The position numbers and the translations under genes are program-made. Shown here one piece after another: positions 51,695-64,000 of a stretch of 64,000 nt of DNA (positions within the stretch are counted from its first letter, which is position 1; each line of letters starts with the position of its first letter). The DNA lies in assembly GCF_009914755.1 (NCBI RefSeq), contig NC_060927.1; one strand, given 5' to 3'. The DNA comes from the human T2T-CHM13v2.0 reference genome, Homo sapiens. The notes beneath the pieces were generated by a model, which made no database searches, was not told the origin of the DNA, and saw only the letters and a list, made by a program, of their open reading frames with translations.

Positions 51695-52630
51695 GTGTGT
51701 CAGTGTCTGCTTATCAGTTCTTGTTCTCTTTTCTGCCCTTCCTCACTCTGCTATGTGCCACATTGCAAGAAACCACATTTCCCAGACTGCCTTTCCCTCT
51801 GGCTTCTGTGTATGTCCAGCCAATGGCAGGCACAGGCGGAAAACGGGAGGGCTGGAGGAGATGGGAGGGAAGAAGCCACGTTCCCCCCATTCACCATTCT
51901 TACTTCCTGAGGTGTCCTGCCAGAGGCTGCCTCTCTTCTGCATCCTCTTAGTGGCTCTAAATCCCCCCAGACGGTCCAGACTCTCACCAGTTCCTTCTTC
52001 TGTTATCCCTCCAGCCTTATGGGTTATAGCAGCTTCTTGTTACTGCTAATTTCTGGATTGCCTCACTCACCCCTATTGCTTCCCAGCCATCACCCATGTG
52101 GCCAATTTTCTGTAAGATAATAAATTTCTTCTTTATCAAAAACCTGTGGTGTTTCTGCTCCCTGGCTGGACCTTGCAGACTACTAGCTATGTCAAGGGAC
52201 AGGGAAAAGTATGAACAGTAGGGCCTGTTGATGTCCTGCCCAGATCCCCTTTTCTAGGCAGGTGCACCCAAACTCCAGCTGCTGTGAGTGCTGGCTGCTA
52301 ATGGCCTTTGTATACACTCTTTTCCAGAGATTTACCTTTGCCCAGAGATGCCTGGGAAGCTATGATGTTTCCCCGGGGGTGGCCCATGCCCAACGACAGG
52401 CTGATTTGAGGACAAGCTGGCCCCTTGCAGCAAGGGTGAGCAAGTCTGTGGTGCCACTCAGGTTCCAGTGCTCCTGATGCTATGAGATAGAGACCAGACC
52501 TCAGCCAAGCTCATTTTTTGCTTGGCTTCTTCCCTTTCTCTGTCCTACTTCCTGGATTCCTTACAATTTTCTCCTGAAAGCTCACCCTCAGTAATTCCAC
52601 TGCATGATAATCACCATTTCTGGCTCTGCC
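51695..52630 (+). mobile_element. Two adjacent old ERVL LTRs (LTR33-like ~51695-52180; LTR16C-like ~52220-52630)
   Basis: CACATTTCCCAGACTGCCTTTCC...GTTTCTGCTCCCTGGCTGGACC and TGCCCAGATCCCC...TCAAGGGAACCTGAACTAAGA termini. Confidence 0.7.
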
Positions 52631-55600
52631 TCAAGGGAACCTGAACTAAGAGTATATTTTACAGAGGGAATGGAGAAAATCTGTTTAATCTGGTGAGATG
52701 GTGAAATGGAGGTTGTGAACAGAGCTTCAATGTAGTGATGATGAAACTAAAAAAACACAACAGCTGAACATTCTTGAGGAACGAACAGTTGTGGGAGGAC
52801 TCAACATTTTGAAATTAAGGAGAAAAGTGGTGCCTTGCCAAAATTAAGGTCTGGAGAGGCTAGTTTTCATGGCAAAAGGATGATACTGTACTTCTGACCA
52901 GTGTAATATGGCATTCCAAGAGTTTTCAAGAGTATCAATACCTGTGGGGTAGTTAGAAATGCAAGTCTGTTTTAAGACTAGAAATATATATTCTGTGAGA
53001 TAATTATATAAAGACAGTTTTTCTCAGGCTTGAGTCATGCACAATTCTTTATTTTGGAAAAAGGCTGGTGTGGGTAGTCTTGTACCAACGAGCAGGATTG
53101 TGATTCGGGGGAGTGAAACCAGCAGTGAGGGAAGGTCAACACAGATGTGTTACTGATTGGATCCCAACCATTGGGAACTATGCTTAATCCCGGGGGATTT
53201 TCTGGAGAACATTAGTAAATATGTTTCAGAACCACTCAACAAGGGCAAGGAGTGGGAGCATTTATTCATCCTCTCCAGGGCCCCCACGGATATTACCTCC
53301 TCTCTTTCTGGGTTGTGTGTGCATGTGTTGTGGGGGTGCTGAGAGGATTCCTGTGGTGCTCTCAATCTCTGCTTCAGAGCTCTTTGGGCAGTGGTGCAGC
53401 ACCAAGGCAAAATGCCACTGACTGCCCCTGTAGCTGCCGGTTAAAACCTTCACAGAACTGACTGCTACAATGTGGCTGGAGTAAGAGGTGGACTAAGTAG
53501 GTTGAAGTCCTGCACAACAGGTGTCCTGTATGGACCCTACCTGTAGTTATATCCATGGGGTAGTGAAAAGACTGGATATGGAGTAAGGTCTGACTCTTTG
53601 CCACATAGACATTAACCTCTGTGACCTTGGGCAAGTCAGTCCTAACTTACTAGCGTGGAAATCGAAGCTAAGAGTGTTCAGGAACTGAACTCCGAGCATA
53701 CATCTTTCAGGGTTATGATGACTTCATCAGACCCCTCCTTTTTGTCTCCAGACCCCAACTAAGTCCTTCTTAATTTAAAATGCACTATTTAATTATCTTT
53801 GGGGACTATGATCAATTTACAGAGGAGGTATCACTTTCTCTTCTGAGTTCCATCATTCCTAGCATTAACTCTAGTACACACCGTGATGTCGCATAATTGT
53901 ATATACCTTTACTTCTGCTGTGTGGAGTTCAGATTGATTTTTTTTTATCTTTGTGCACACAAACACTAGCAAGCTGGCAATCTGTTGTACTAAGATTTGT
54001 GCCTATGAATACTTGATACAGAGAAAGAGGTCAAAGGAGAAAGAGATGGAGGAGATTGGGGGAACAACTGTAGCACTGCATTCCATATTCTTGTGAGCAC
54101 TTAATCTTGTCAGCAGGAGCAAAGCAAATCCATGGCCCTATACTGTCTCTTAAAAAAAAAAAAAAAAAATTCCTACTCCTACATCCTTAGGCTGGCCTTT
54201 TTTCCATTTTGTGGATTCCTTCCCCTTTTGAATCTTTTCTTGAAGTTATTGAAATTCATTGCTTCCCAATTTTTAAATAGGATAAGAATATTGTTGGGCA
54301 GTGAGGAAGATTGGCAGGGATGGGGAGGGGTTTTCCTGACCCCAGATACCTTGAGGCTGGGCCTGGCCACACCATGGCTCCTCTCTCCATGTCACCTGCA
54401 ACCTCCCCGGTCAAAAGGAAAGCTGAGAAGACGGGAAGGTGAGGAGAGGGCGGTAGGCTGTGAACGAATATTTGTGTACCTATTATAGAGCCAGACATTT
54501 TACTTCATCGATTGATGTGTGGATGAAATACATTATTTTTATCCACTGCCACCTTGAACCTCCATTTCACAAGGAAGGAAACAGTTTAAAGATTATCATA
54601 TTATAAGTCATCTCACTTGTAAATTTTGGAGCTATAAGTCACAGCCAAGCCTGACTCCAGAGCCCATGCTCTCACTGCTTCCTGCTGAAACACCCACTGG
54701 GTTGACCCCAAGGCTCAGGTGTCACCACTGTCAAAGAAGCCTGCCACTCTGAATTGGGATTTTTTCCCCTACTTATCTGAATAGAAAGTTTGCTGTCCTA
54801 CTAAGCAAGATATCAAGCTCCGGGCCAAAATTTATTTTCAGCTCTTCAGAAGAACAAACACCCTTATTTTCCCAGATGGGTGGGAAATGGTGCTTTTGTA
54901 CCCACGTTAAGCATTTTATCAGAGGCTCTCACCCTGTGGAATTAAATTCAAGGGGGCTCAGCAAGTGTGTGCCAGGGGTGCATCCTCTTGCCTCTCTGCC
55001 CTTAGAAGAGCCTTAAGTTCAGAGCTGAGCCCTGGATATTCCATAAAAGTGCTGTGCATGCTGATTGAGACTTGCAGCTTTGGAGACAAGAACTTCAGCT
55101 ATCAGAGAACCCTCAGATATGACCAAGATGGCTCCTGTTCCATAGAATGGGAATTACAGTCTCTTATAGCTTAAACGTGTGTCCAGGATCCATGTCAGTA
55201 TACTTTCTCAGAGCAACTACCCTATCATTGCATGTGATATATGTCTTAAAGGCGTCATTAAGCCAATTAGGATATGTTGCCTTCTGTATATTTTGTGCTA
55301 AATCCTCTTTATTAGAAAATAATCAGAATTTGAAGCTTGATTGATGTTTGGCCCAGTTTTAAGTATTATTTACCAAACTAGAGATAGCTACTCTAATCCA
55401 TTTAGAATGTTAAGAGCAGACCTATATAAGCCTCATGGGAGAATAGAGTCGTGATGCTTGTTCAAAATTTTTGGAAAGCACCCCAGCTGGCAGCTGGCTT
55501 CTCTTGGTATTTTAAAAGGGCATATAATAAGCATAAATAGAAGTATATGTGGTAGTTTTCTTATGGTTGTTTGTTTGTTTTTAAACTAGAATGCTATACC

Positions 55601-57363
55601 TTGCGTTTTCTTTTATCTTGATTTTTCAAACATCTACCTGGCCCTTAAAGCTACCTCCTTCACAAGCCTGGTCTATTTGTGTGGTTTATATGTGCTGGAT
55701 GTTTATTTGGGTAATCTAAGGTAGCAGAAGAGGAATATATTTAGTCATCTAACCTTTACAATAAGGAACATTTGAAATGTCAGCATTTTATTTCAGGAAC
55801 AGGTGAGCTATTGCATTATAAGGCTTTTATTTATTTATTTACACCCTACATGTTTCTGAAATTTGAAACAGCTTAGAACAGCTTATGACAAACAGTAAAA
55901 AAAAAAAAAATGAAAAAAAAAGATGAAAGAGGAAAGAGTAAATATTCCAGCCGGAAAAGTCAACACAGTTGCTGTGATAAAGTATAATCCTGTGTCTAAG
56001 ATTCTTGGAAACAGGGCAAAGTGAGAAACAAATTATAAAATCTTTAATATTCAGAAAGAAGGGAAGAAGTTCCTCTGGTTAAAAACAAGTACTAAGGTGG
56101 CCAGATACTGGGTCAGGTGCCAGAGGCAAAACTACATAGACATGAATGCTATTCTCATGAAGCTCACAGTATAGTAGGCATGATAAATATTAAATCTATC
56201 GATATATAACTAATTATGCTTAGCTTTTGTATCATTTATGGAAAAGTAAGAGTTCCTAAATTTGCTTAAATGTCTCTGGCTTAGAATCCTTCCTTGACTC
56301 CCCAGTCTAAGACCTGAAAGATTAAAAGGCATCACCCAGGTTCAGACACCAAGAGAAGTGATGGGGTAGGCTGGAGAACCTGCAGACAACTGGTGTACCT
56401 TGGAAGAGAAGGGCCCAGAGGATGCTGGAAAGGGAGACAGTTACAGCTAGGTCAACCACATCCCAATGCACTGATTAAGCTTTACTTTATCAAAGAAAAA
56501 ATGTGGATTTAGGTAAACAGCTTTTATTTCTCCAGAAATATTGGCTTTTATTTTGAAATTACTATACTTACTAAATCGCACGCTTTAGGCCCTATTTTTT
56601 TTTCCAAATAAAATTTGGCAACCCTATGTCAGTTCACGAAAACCATTTTCTTTAGGAATTTAACTGGTCCATGAAATCCAAAAAGCTGTGAACATTGGTC
56701 CACTAAGACCCTCAATAAATATGGCTGGAGAGATAGGAGGATAGAAAAAGTTTAGAGGTGAAGCATGACTTAGTGACAGGATTTCTTCATGGGACTAAGT
56801 TAATGTCTTCTAAGCACAAAAATCATGGCTGTTGTGGACAGTTATCCAGATTGAACAGTGTACTAGGCTCATGGGGTAAATAGAAATTGCAATCCAGTCC
56901 TGGTTCCTCTCACCAAATCATGTACCATGGTAGGAGGCAGGGTCTACCTGGAAGAAGGGGAACCTTTTGTCTTTATAGAAAGACACTGTGGCCAGTGACA
57001 GCACATATTCTTCCTGTGATCCAGCTTAATCCAAGGGTAGAGTTTAACGAATCTGTAGAAGTGGATATACGGTGTGCAACTAGGATCTCTGTGACATTTC
57101 TAACCAGGATTTTTTTAAAGTATAGACACATTCTTCACTATCCTCTAGTAGGGTGGTCTAAAGTCCCAGCTGTTGCTGATTAAAGATGGCTATGTAGGCT
57201 TTAGAAATTAAGCAGGCAAGTGGAGGACTGAGCAGCAGTGAGGGAAGAAGGGAACATCTGGATGTCCCAGCCCTTGAGGTTGGTACTTTATTATTTTACA
57301 TAGGCAGGATGTAAGTTTACTAATAGAATCCTGATTAATCAAATCTGTAAGAGGGTGAGGTAG

Positions 57364-57685
<322 letters not shown>

Positions 57686-57712
57686 TGGGAGATTACTTAT
57701 TAAAGAAAATAT

Positions 57713-58055
<343 letters not shown>

Positions 58056-60210
58056 TTATGGAGCAATATTTTTCTTCAGACCTCACTATAAAGCAGAATA
58101 GAATGGTTCTAGACAACAACTTTTCATGGAGGGTATAGCCAGTCATCATCAATGGCCATGGATAAAATCCTAACTAAAAATTCCACTTTGACAAACATGG
58201 TCTCCTAAATATGTCTACCAGGATGCATTAGCTGCAAAGTGCATCCATCCATGGGTTACAGGGTAAACTGACCTTCTCTATGGAGTTCTCTTATAATTCA
58301 CCAGTTATATTGGAAACTATGCTGAAAACAATGCCTGCACTTAGCTAATGCTCAGTCTAATTCCTGGAAATAAACAATCACCCAAATTATTTTCCTTTTC
58401 CCCCAACATCTTTTTCTTCGTATTATACTAATTCATGTTCATTGAGGAAAAATTAGAAAATGGAGAAGAAAAAAAAATCACAACTCTATCATGTAAAGAA
58501 ACAATACTAACATTTTACTCATGCTGTCAAATATTTTCCTACCCACATATATTTTGCCTGTGTCTGTCTTTAAGCTATAAGTTGTGTTGATCCTGCTTCT
58601 TACAACCTACTTTAGATCAGCTTTACTTCCATCCTACACCATATGGAAGTGCATTCTCCAAGATTCCTGGAATTCCCCAGAGATTCATATTTATCTTTGT
58701 CTCTTTGTCAACATTGGTTATGACATCTCATTTCTTTCATTTTGTAGCTATTTCCTTTTCTCCACTTCGCAAATAGCTCCATTCTCCCCAAACACATACA
58801 ATATCACTCACAAGGTAGCTCTAGGTTCTTTGGCCACTGACTACCTTGTTCCTATGCTCTTTCTCTGTTCCTTCTCTCTTCTCTCCTTCCCACATCCGAA
58901 ATTCCTGTTTATTTCTTATTTATGGTACCTTAGGAACATGCCTTGATGAGATAGTTCAGAATATGAGGGCCTGGGTGGGAAAGAGGCAAAGACCCTAAAA
59001 GAAACCATAGTGATAGCTAGTAAAATACTTTTTTTTTTTTTCTCACACCACATCATGTACTTGACTTAAAGAAGGAAAATAGAGTCATATGACTTTGGCA
59101 TACAACTTCTCCATTGGTCAGGCTGAAGCTTTCTTGGAATCCCACTCTAATCTGAGACTCTTCCCACTTGATCTTCCTTCCTTCCTCGACTCTTTTCAAG
59201 TGTTAGAACTTTATTATGATCTTAAGCTTCTTCTTGCCTTCTTCAGCTCCTTCTCCTTGTCCTTCTTGAATATTCTACCAATAAATCTTCTGCAATAATT
59301 CTGTCTTGGCATCTGCTTCTCTGAAGAACCCAAAATAATACACACACACACATTTACCAAGTGACCATAAAGAGTCACAAAACCTGTTCTTGCAAAACTT
59401 GGTGATGTGCCAAGCTCGTTTCTTTTAGGTACTTGAAGTTCCTTTCATGACAAGTTTACTAGAGGCAGACACTAAAATATTCTAGTGCTAACTGCTCTTG
59501 CGGTTTCTATCATACTCCTATTAATGCAAGAGCAGATGTGCTTGTACATTTTTCCAACAATAAAATATTTTGAGTATCTCTTTTGCTAGTTAGCAAACCC
59601 GATACTGATGGAGTTAGTTCTCATTGAAGCACTTGCAGTAGCTGCTTCTAAAGCACAGATTTGTGGAGTGCTTGCTCTGAATAGGATTCTTCAGATATCA
59701 ACTAACCATCCCTGTGGAGCAGATTCGCCCCGTGCATGCATGTACATATCACATAGCCTATGCATATTTGAAATAAATTTCAGTATAATGTCGACTTTAC
59801 CCATGACAGTAAACAACAGCATGTCATGACTGCATAATGGTCAATTGCATGAATATCCCACTTATTTTAATAAATTCTGCAAGATAGGTTATTTTGGGCT
59901 CCTAAGTTTTCACTGTTTCTGATTTAGCAAATCTGTATACTTTGCAGTGTCCAACTTTTCATATACTATTTCCTAGAAGAATTATTGGCTTAAAAAGCAT
60001 GGCCAATTTTAAGGTTTTTGATATTTGTTGCCAAGAAGTCAGCCAGGAAGTTTGTTCCAATTTACACTTGAACCATTTCTATATGAGTAGGCTTATTTCT
60101 TTTCCTTTTATTTTCTGCATGTGAAATTATGTGTAAAATGTACAGTCCAAAGAACAACAGAAAAAAACCTAACCCTTGAATCCTCCACCAAGGTTATGAA
60201 ATAGAATTTA

Positions 60211-60290
60211 TTAAGTTGGTGCAAAAGCAATTGCGGTTTTTGTCATGACTTTTAATGGCAAAGACCACGATTACTTTTGCACCAACCTAA
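60211..60290. mobile_element. MADE1 (Hsmar1-derived 80-bp MITE)
   Basis: TTAAGTTGGTGCAAAAG...CTTTTGCACCAACCTAA inverted termini with a TA duplication. Confidence 0.93.
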
Positions 60291-60999
60291 TAGAATCCTC
60301 CTGCATTTGCTGATTCTCATCATACTTCTTCATGCCTCCCCTCTTCACAGGTAAATCATCTAGAATTTAGGGTTATGCATTCCCTTGGTTTTCTTCATAG
60401 TTTTCATAGTTAAATGATAGAGTGTGTGTGTATATATAACTATTTGTAGTCCTAAATATTATATAGATTTTTTAAATGTGGGCGGCAAATACAAAGCTAG
60501 TTGTGTGAGGAGGGTATGGTCACCGCTGTTAGGTAAAGTTGTCTAGGACAAGATGAACTTGCAGTCTTCTGCATCCTGGGACTTTATAAGGGGGCTTTCT
60601 GGTATATTCAGAGGGAGAGACCATGAAGCTCACCACAGTCCATACATTTGCAAGGACTGTAATGCAAAGCAGGTACTAACCACGTGATCAGTGGGAGTGG
60701 CATGAATTACCCTGGGTTTCTTGCTGCTAAGCTTGTTCCAGCTCGCAGAAGTCAGTGATAACAGAACACTTTGGCAGAATGAATAAATGTCCACAGTTGA
60801 TTTAGGCAGCAGGACCTGGAAGAAAGAATAAGGAATTTATTAGCAAATTGTCAAGATCACTAGATTCGTATCCGGGCCAGTCTCACCAGAACATTTCTCC
60901 AGGTGTTTAAAAAAAAAAAAAAAAAAAGACTGTGCCAAAGCAGTGGGGATCATGGTTCTAACAGGCAGAGGCATGTCCATTTAGACTCACTCCTCTCCA

Positions 61000-62900
61000 G
61001 TCTGGTCCAGATTCCAGCTAGCATTTTGGAATGTCTGTTCACCATCCTCCTAGGAATCCCTTGACTCCTCTTCTATTTTGAACTAATTTTCTGTATCACG
61101 TTGTCGTCTTTATTGGTTTATACTCTTATTTTGGTGGAGCACATTTTCCCATAGCTTCTTGAAAAGAGAGGATGGGTAATACATTTATTTTGTTTTTGAG
61201 ATAGTGCATGTCTGAAAATGTCATTCTGCCCTCCCGTTTGGGAGTTTGACCATACTTGCAAGTTACAAGTAATTTTTCTTTAGAATTCTGGATGTGGTTG
61301 CGTTTTCTTTTTGCTGGCAAGTCATGCTGTTGCAAAGTCTGAAGCCACTATGATTCCTGGCCCTTTCTATTAGCTTTTTTCTCCTGGAAGTTGATGGACT
61401 CTTCTTTTTCCCTAGTTTTCTGAAATTTCAAAATGGAGTATCTTTGTGTGAATGCTTTCATCCACCACTTTTATTCAGTAAGCTTTTTTTCAGTAATAGC
61501 AATTCATTTATTATTCTGGAAAATTTTCTTAAATACTTTTGTTTTCTACCCTGTTTCCTGTTTTCTCTTTTTCTCTAGATTTTTTAGAGTTGTCACCTGA
61601 TTTTAAAAATCTTTTTTGCTTATTTTCTGCCTCTGTGTCTATTTACTGTCTAGGAGACAGTCTCTACTTTATTTTCTAACCCTGTTAATGACTTCTGCTC
61701 TTATGTTCTCAATTCCAAGATGTCTTTTCTGTTAATTTCTTATGCCATTCTGTTCCTTTTTTATGAATGTAACTTTTTCTTATCTCTCTGAAGATGTTAG
61801 TTATAGTTTTATTTCATTTGTTTTTGTTGATTTTCACCCTCGCTTGCTTGCATATTTTTATTTACTCCAGGATGTCTTTTTGTAAGGGAGGTTGGTTTCA
61901 TTTATTTCTGTCTTCTGTGACAGCTTTCCTCAGGGTATCTGGTAATCCCTCAATGTCTGCTTAACATTAAGAATGAGGGAAGCTTATTGGAGGCTCTAAG
62001 AGCTCGGACTGTGGGCCATGCCTCTCAGGCGGAAGTCACTGGAGGGTGATACAGGCTGGGTCTCTGTGTTCAGCATTAGATATCTGTTTGATAAATTAGT
62101 CTTAACCTCTACCTTAACTCTAATCTGTGCCTGGACCATCAATTCAGACATTATTATGCTTTGTTTCTCCATGGATTTCTCCAAAGAAAGGGGCAATTGT
62201 TCAGTAAAGTGGAGTGCAGGAGAGAATCTAGGGGGTTTAACTTCTTAAATCGTTTAAGAGTCTGACTCCATTTTTATCTTTGACTGCTGAGAGCTTTCAT
62301 GCCCACCTCCTCCTTCCTCTTCTGCCTCATATTTGAGCAAGTTGGTAAGAAAGCTGGTGCTGCCCCCTGGACACAGCAGAAAGTTCAACCTATGTGGGGG
62401 AGTGGATTTTCCCTCATCCAACCGCCTATCTATGATAAAAACCAAGTCTACTTATTCTCATTCTTGCTTTCGAAACGTTCTCAAGCTCATTCCAGACTAG
62501 CCTGGGTGTTGTCCCACTATGTTTAGAAAGTTCCATGATGTAATACAATGTGTTCTCACCTCTTGGTGTGTACATGGCGTCATCAGTCAGGACGTCTCAC
62601 CTATTAATTGGGAGGGGTTCATCCCACCTGCATTGGATGGCTGTAAGAAATAGATTTCCTATGAGGTTTTCTTATCTTAGTCTTTTTCTTTTTTTTCCAT
62701 TACCAGTTCCAAAGCAGTTCCTATGTCTTTTGAGTACTATATGGTACAAGTTGGTGGACTTTCACATTTTCCCATTAACTACAGATTCATTTTCTTGGGT
62801 CTACTAAGTCAGTTACTACTTGCCCATTTTTCTCTAGTTTCCAAATTTTTGCTGACTTTTTTGTTTGTTTGTTTGTTTGTTTTGACCTCACCTCTTTTTC
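61000..62900 (-). mobile_element. Very old L1ME-like remnant
   Basis: T-rich with old-L1 antisense motifs (TGCATGTCTGAAAATGTC, AAGTCTGAAGCCA). Boundaries approximate. Confidence 0.5.
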
Positions 62901-62940
62901 TGCTTTATCCATTTCTTAAAAAACAAAAACAATCCTTCCC

Positions 62941-63250
62941 ATAGTGGGGGGGTCTGTGGTTGGGGGGCAGTGAGGTGGGGATGGTTAATGGAATAGAAAG
63001 AATGAATAAGACCTACTATTTGATAACACAACAGGGCGGCTATAGTCAATAACTTAATTGTACAATTTTAAGTAACTGAAAGAGTATAATTGGATTGTTT
63101 TTAACTCAAAGGATAATTGCTTGAGGGGATGGATACCCCTATTCTCCATGATGTGCTTATTTCACATGCATGCCTGTATCAAAACTTCTCATGTACCCCA
63201 TAAATATATATACCTACTGTGTACCCATAAAAATTTAAAAAATTTGAAAA
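62941..63250 (+). mobile_element. Short L1MA-type 3' end
   Basis: GAATGAATAAGACCTACTATTTGATA...GTACCCATAAAAATTTAAAA. Approximate TSD AATCCTTCCC / AATCCCTTCCC. Confidence 0.88.
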
Positions 63251-64000
63251 GAAAAATCCCTTCCCTAAATTTTTATTGAGTTAAGGAGATAAGAAACAAA
63301 ATTATAAACATGTATTTAAGCTGCTGTCTTTACCCAGAAATCCTGAGTGGGCTCATCTCTTCACACCTTGTCAACAATGGGTGCTTTTCTCATTTATTTA
63401 GTAAATGGATTTCCCTGAAATCCGTACTATGTTCTAATTGCTTTGACAACTGAGATTATTCATATTATTGGATTCTGGTCTAAACTACTTGTTCATATAA
63501 CTAAAAGCCTAAAGGACAATTTCATGATTTGTGGCAGATTCTCACATTTAGCCATTTGGTTTACCCTAAATTTGCTTCCATTTTTTAGTAGTGCTCTATT
63601 GTAATGCAGATGGAAAACATCACAATGTTCTAGAAGGGAACTGAAATGAAAATGAATTATCTATACCTATCTCCACTCCACTTATGTAAGGGAAATTGAA
63701 AGATAATCACTTCATGGGTATCCATTTAAAATAAAAGCCACTTTTCTTTTCTTATTGCTTGTGAAAATTCAACCCATCTTTTGAACAAATTTAGCAGTGA
63801 TTTACAATTTTTGGTTAAAAATGCCAGACTTAAGATTTCAAAATGCACTCCTTTGTTAGAAAACAATGATTTCATCAAATGGTAACCCTACTTTGTCTTA
63901 ATAGTTAATTCACAGGTTGGTGAATCTATTTATTATTAAATGTAATTCAAAGGTTATTTTCACAGTAAAAGCATACAGATAAAAATTAGCCCCTTCTCAT

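Noticed and set aside
60211-60290. Novel miRNA-like hairpin
   Set aside because: Explained by the MADE1 terminal inverted repeats. No locus-specific evidence of expression.

Overview
Human or closely related great-ape genomic DNA, dominated by interspersed repeats (L1, Alu, MaLR/ERVL/ERV1 LTR elements, small DNA transposons). I find no intact protein-coding CDS. The long ORFs are broken L1 ORF2 pieces; the rest look like repeat-derived or chance ORFs. The right half holds what I recognise from recalled mRNA leaders as the 5' non-coding part of HHLA2 (B7-family ligand, + strand). It has alternative first exons at ~36296-36405, ~42291-42600 and ~51592-51641 and an internal UTR exon at 50462-50548; the coding exons lie beyond the window. 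Notable structures: (1) a 270-bp perfectly identical tract, sharing disabling mutations, between two inverted L1s of different subfamilies ~11 kb apart (ectopic gene conversion; possible inversion substrate); (2) an AluY carrying a 243-bp inverted copy of its own downstream flank, just upstream of the distal HHLA2 first exon; (3) two 5'-inverted L1s, each with a 3' transduction; (4) a collinear junction of an ERVL RT with an ERV1-type integrase; (5) a ~340-bp micro-inversion; (6) several small fold-back scars. I see no evidence for a new gene system. The findings are structural, evolutionary and regulatory. Repeat subfamily names come from recalled consensus sequences and need RepeatMasker/Dfam confirmation.
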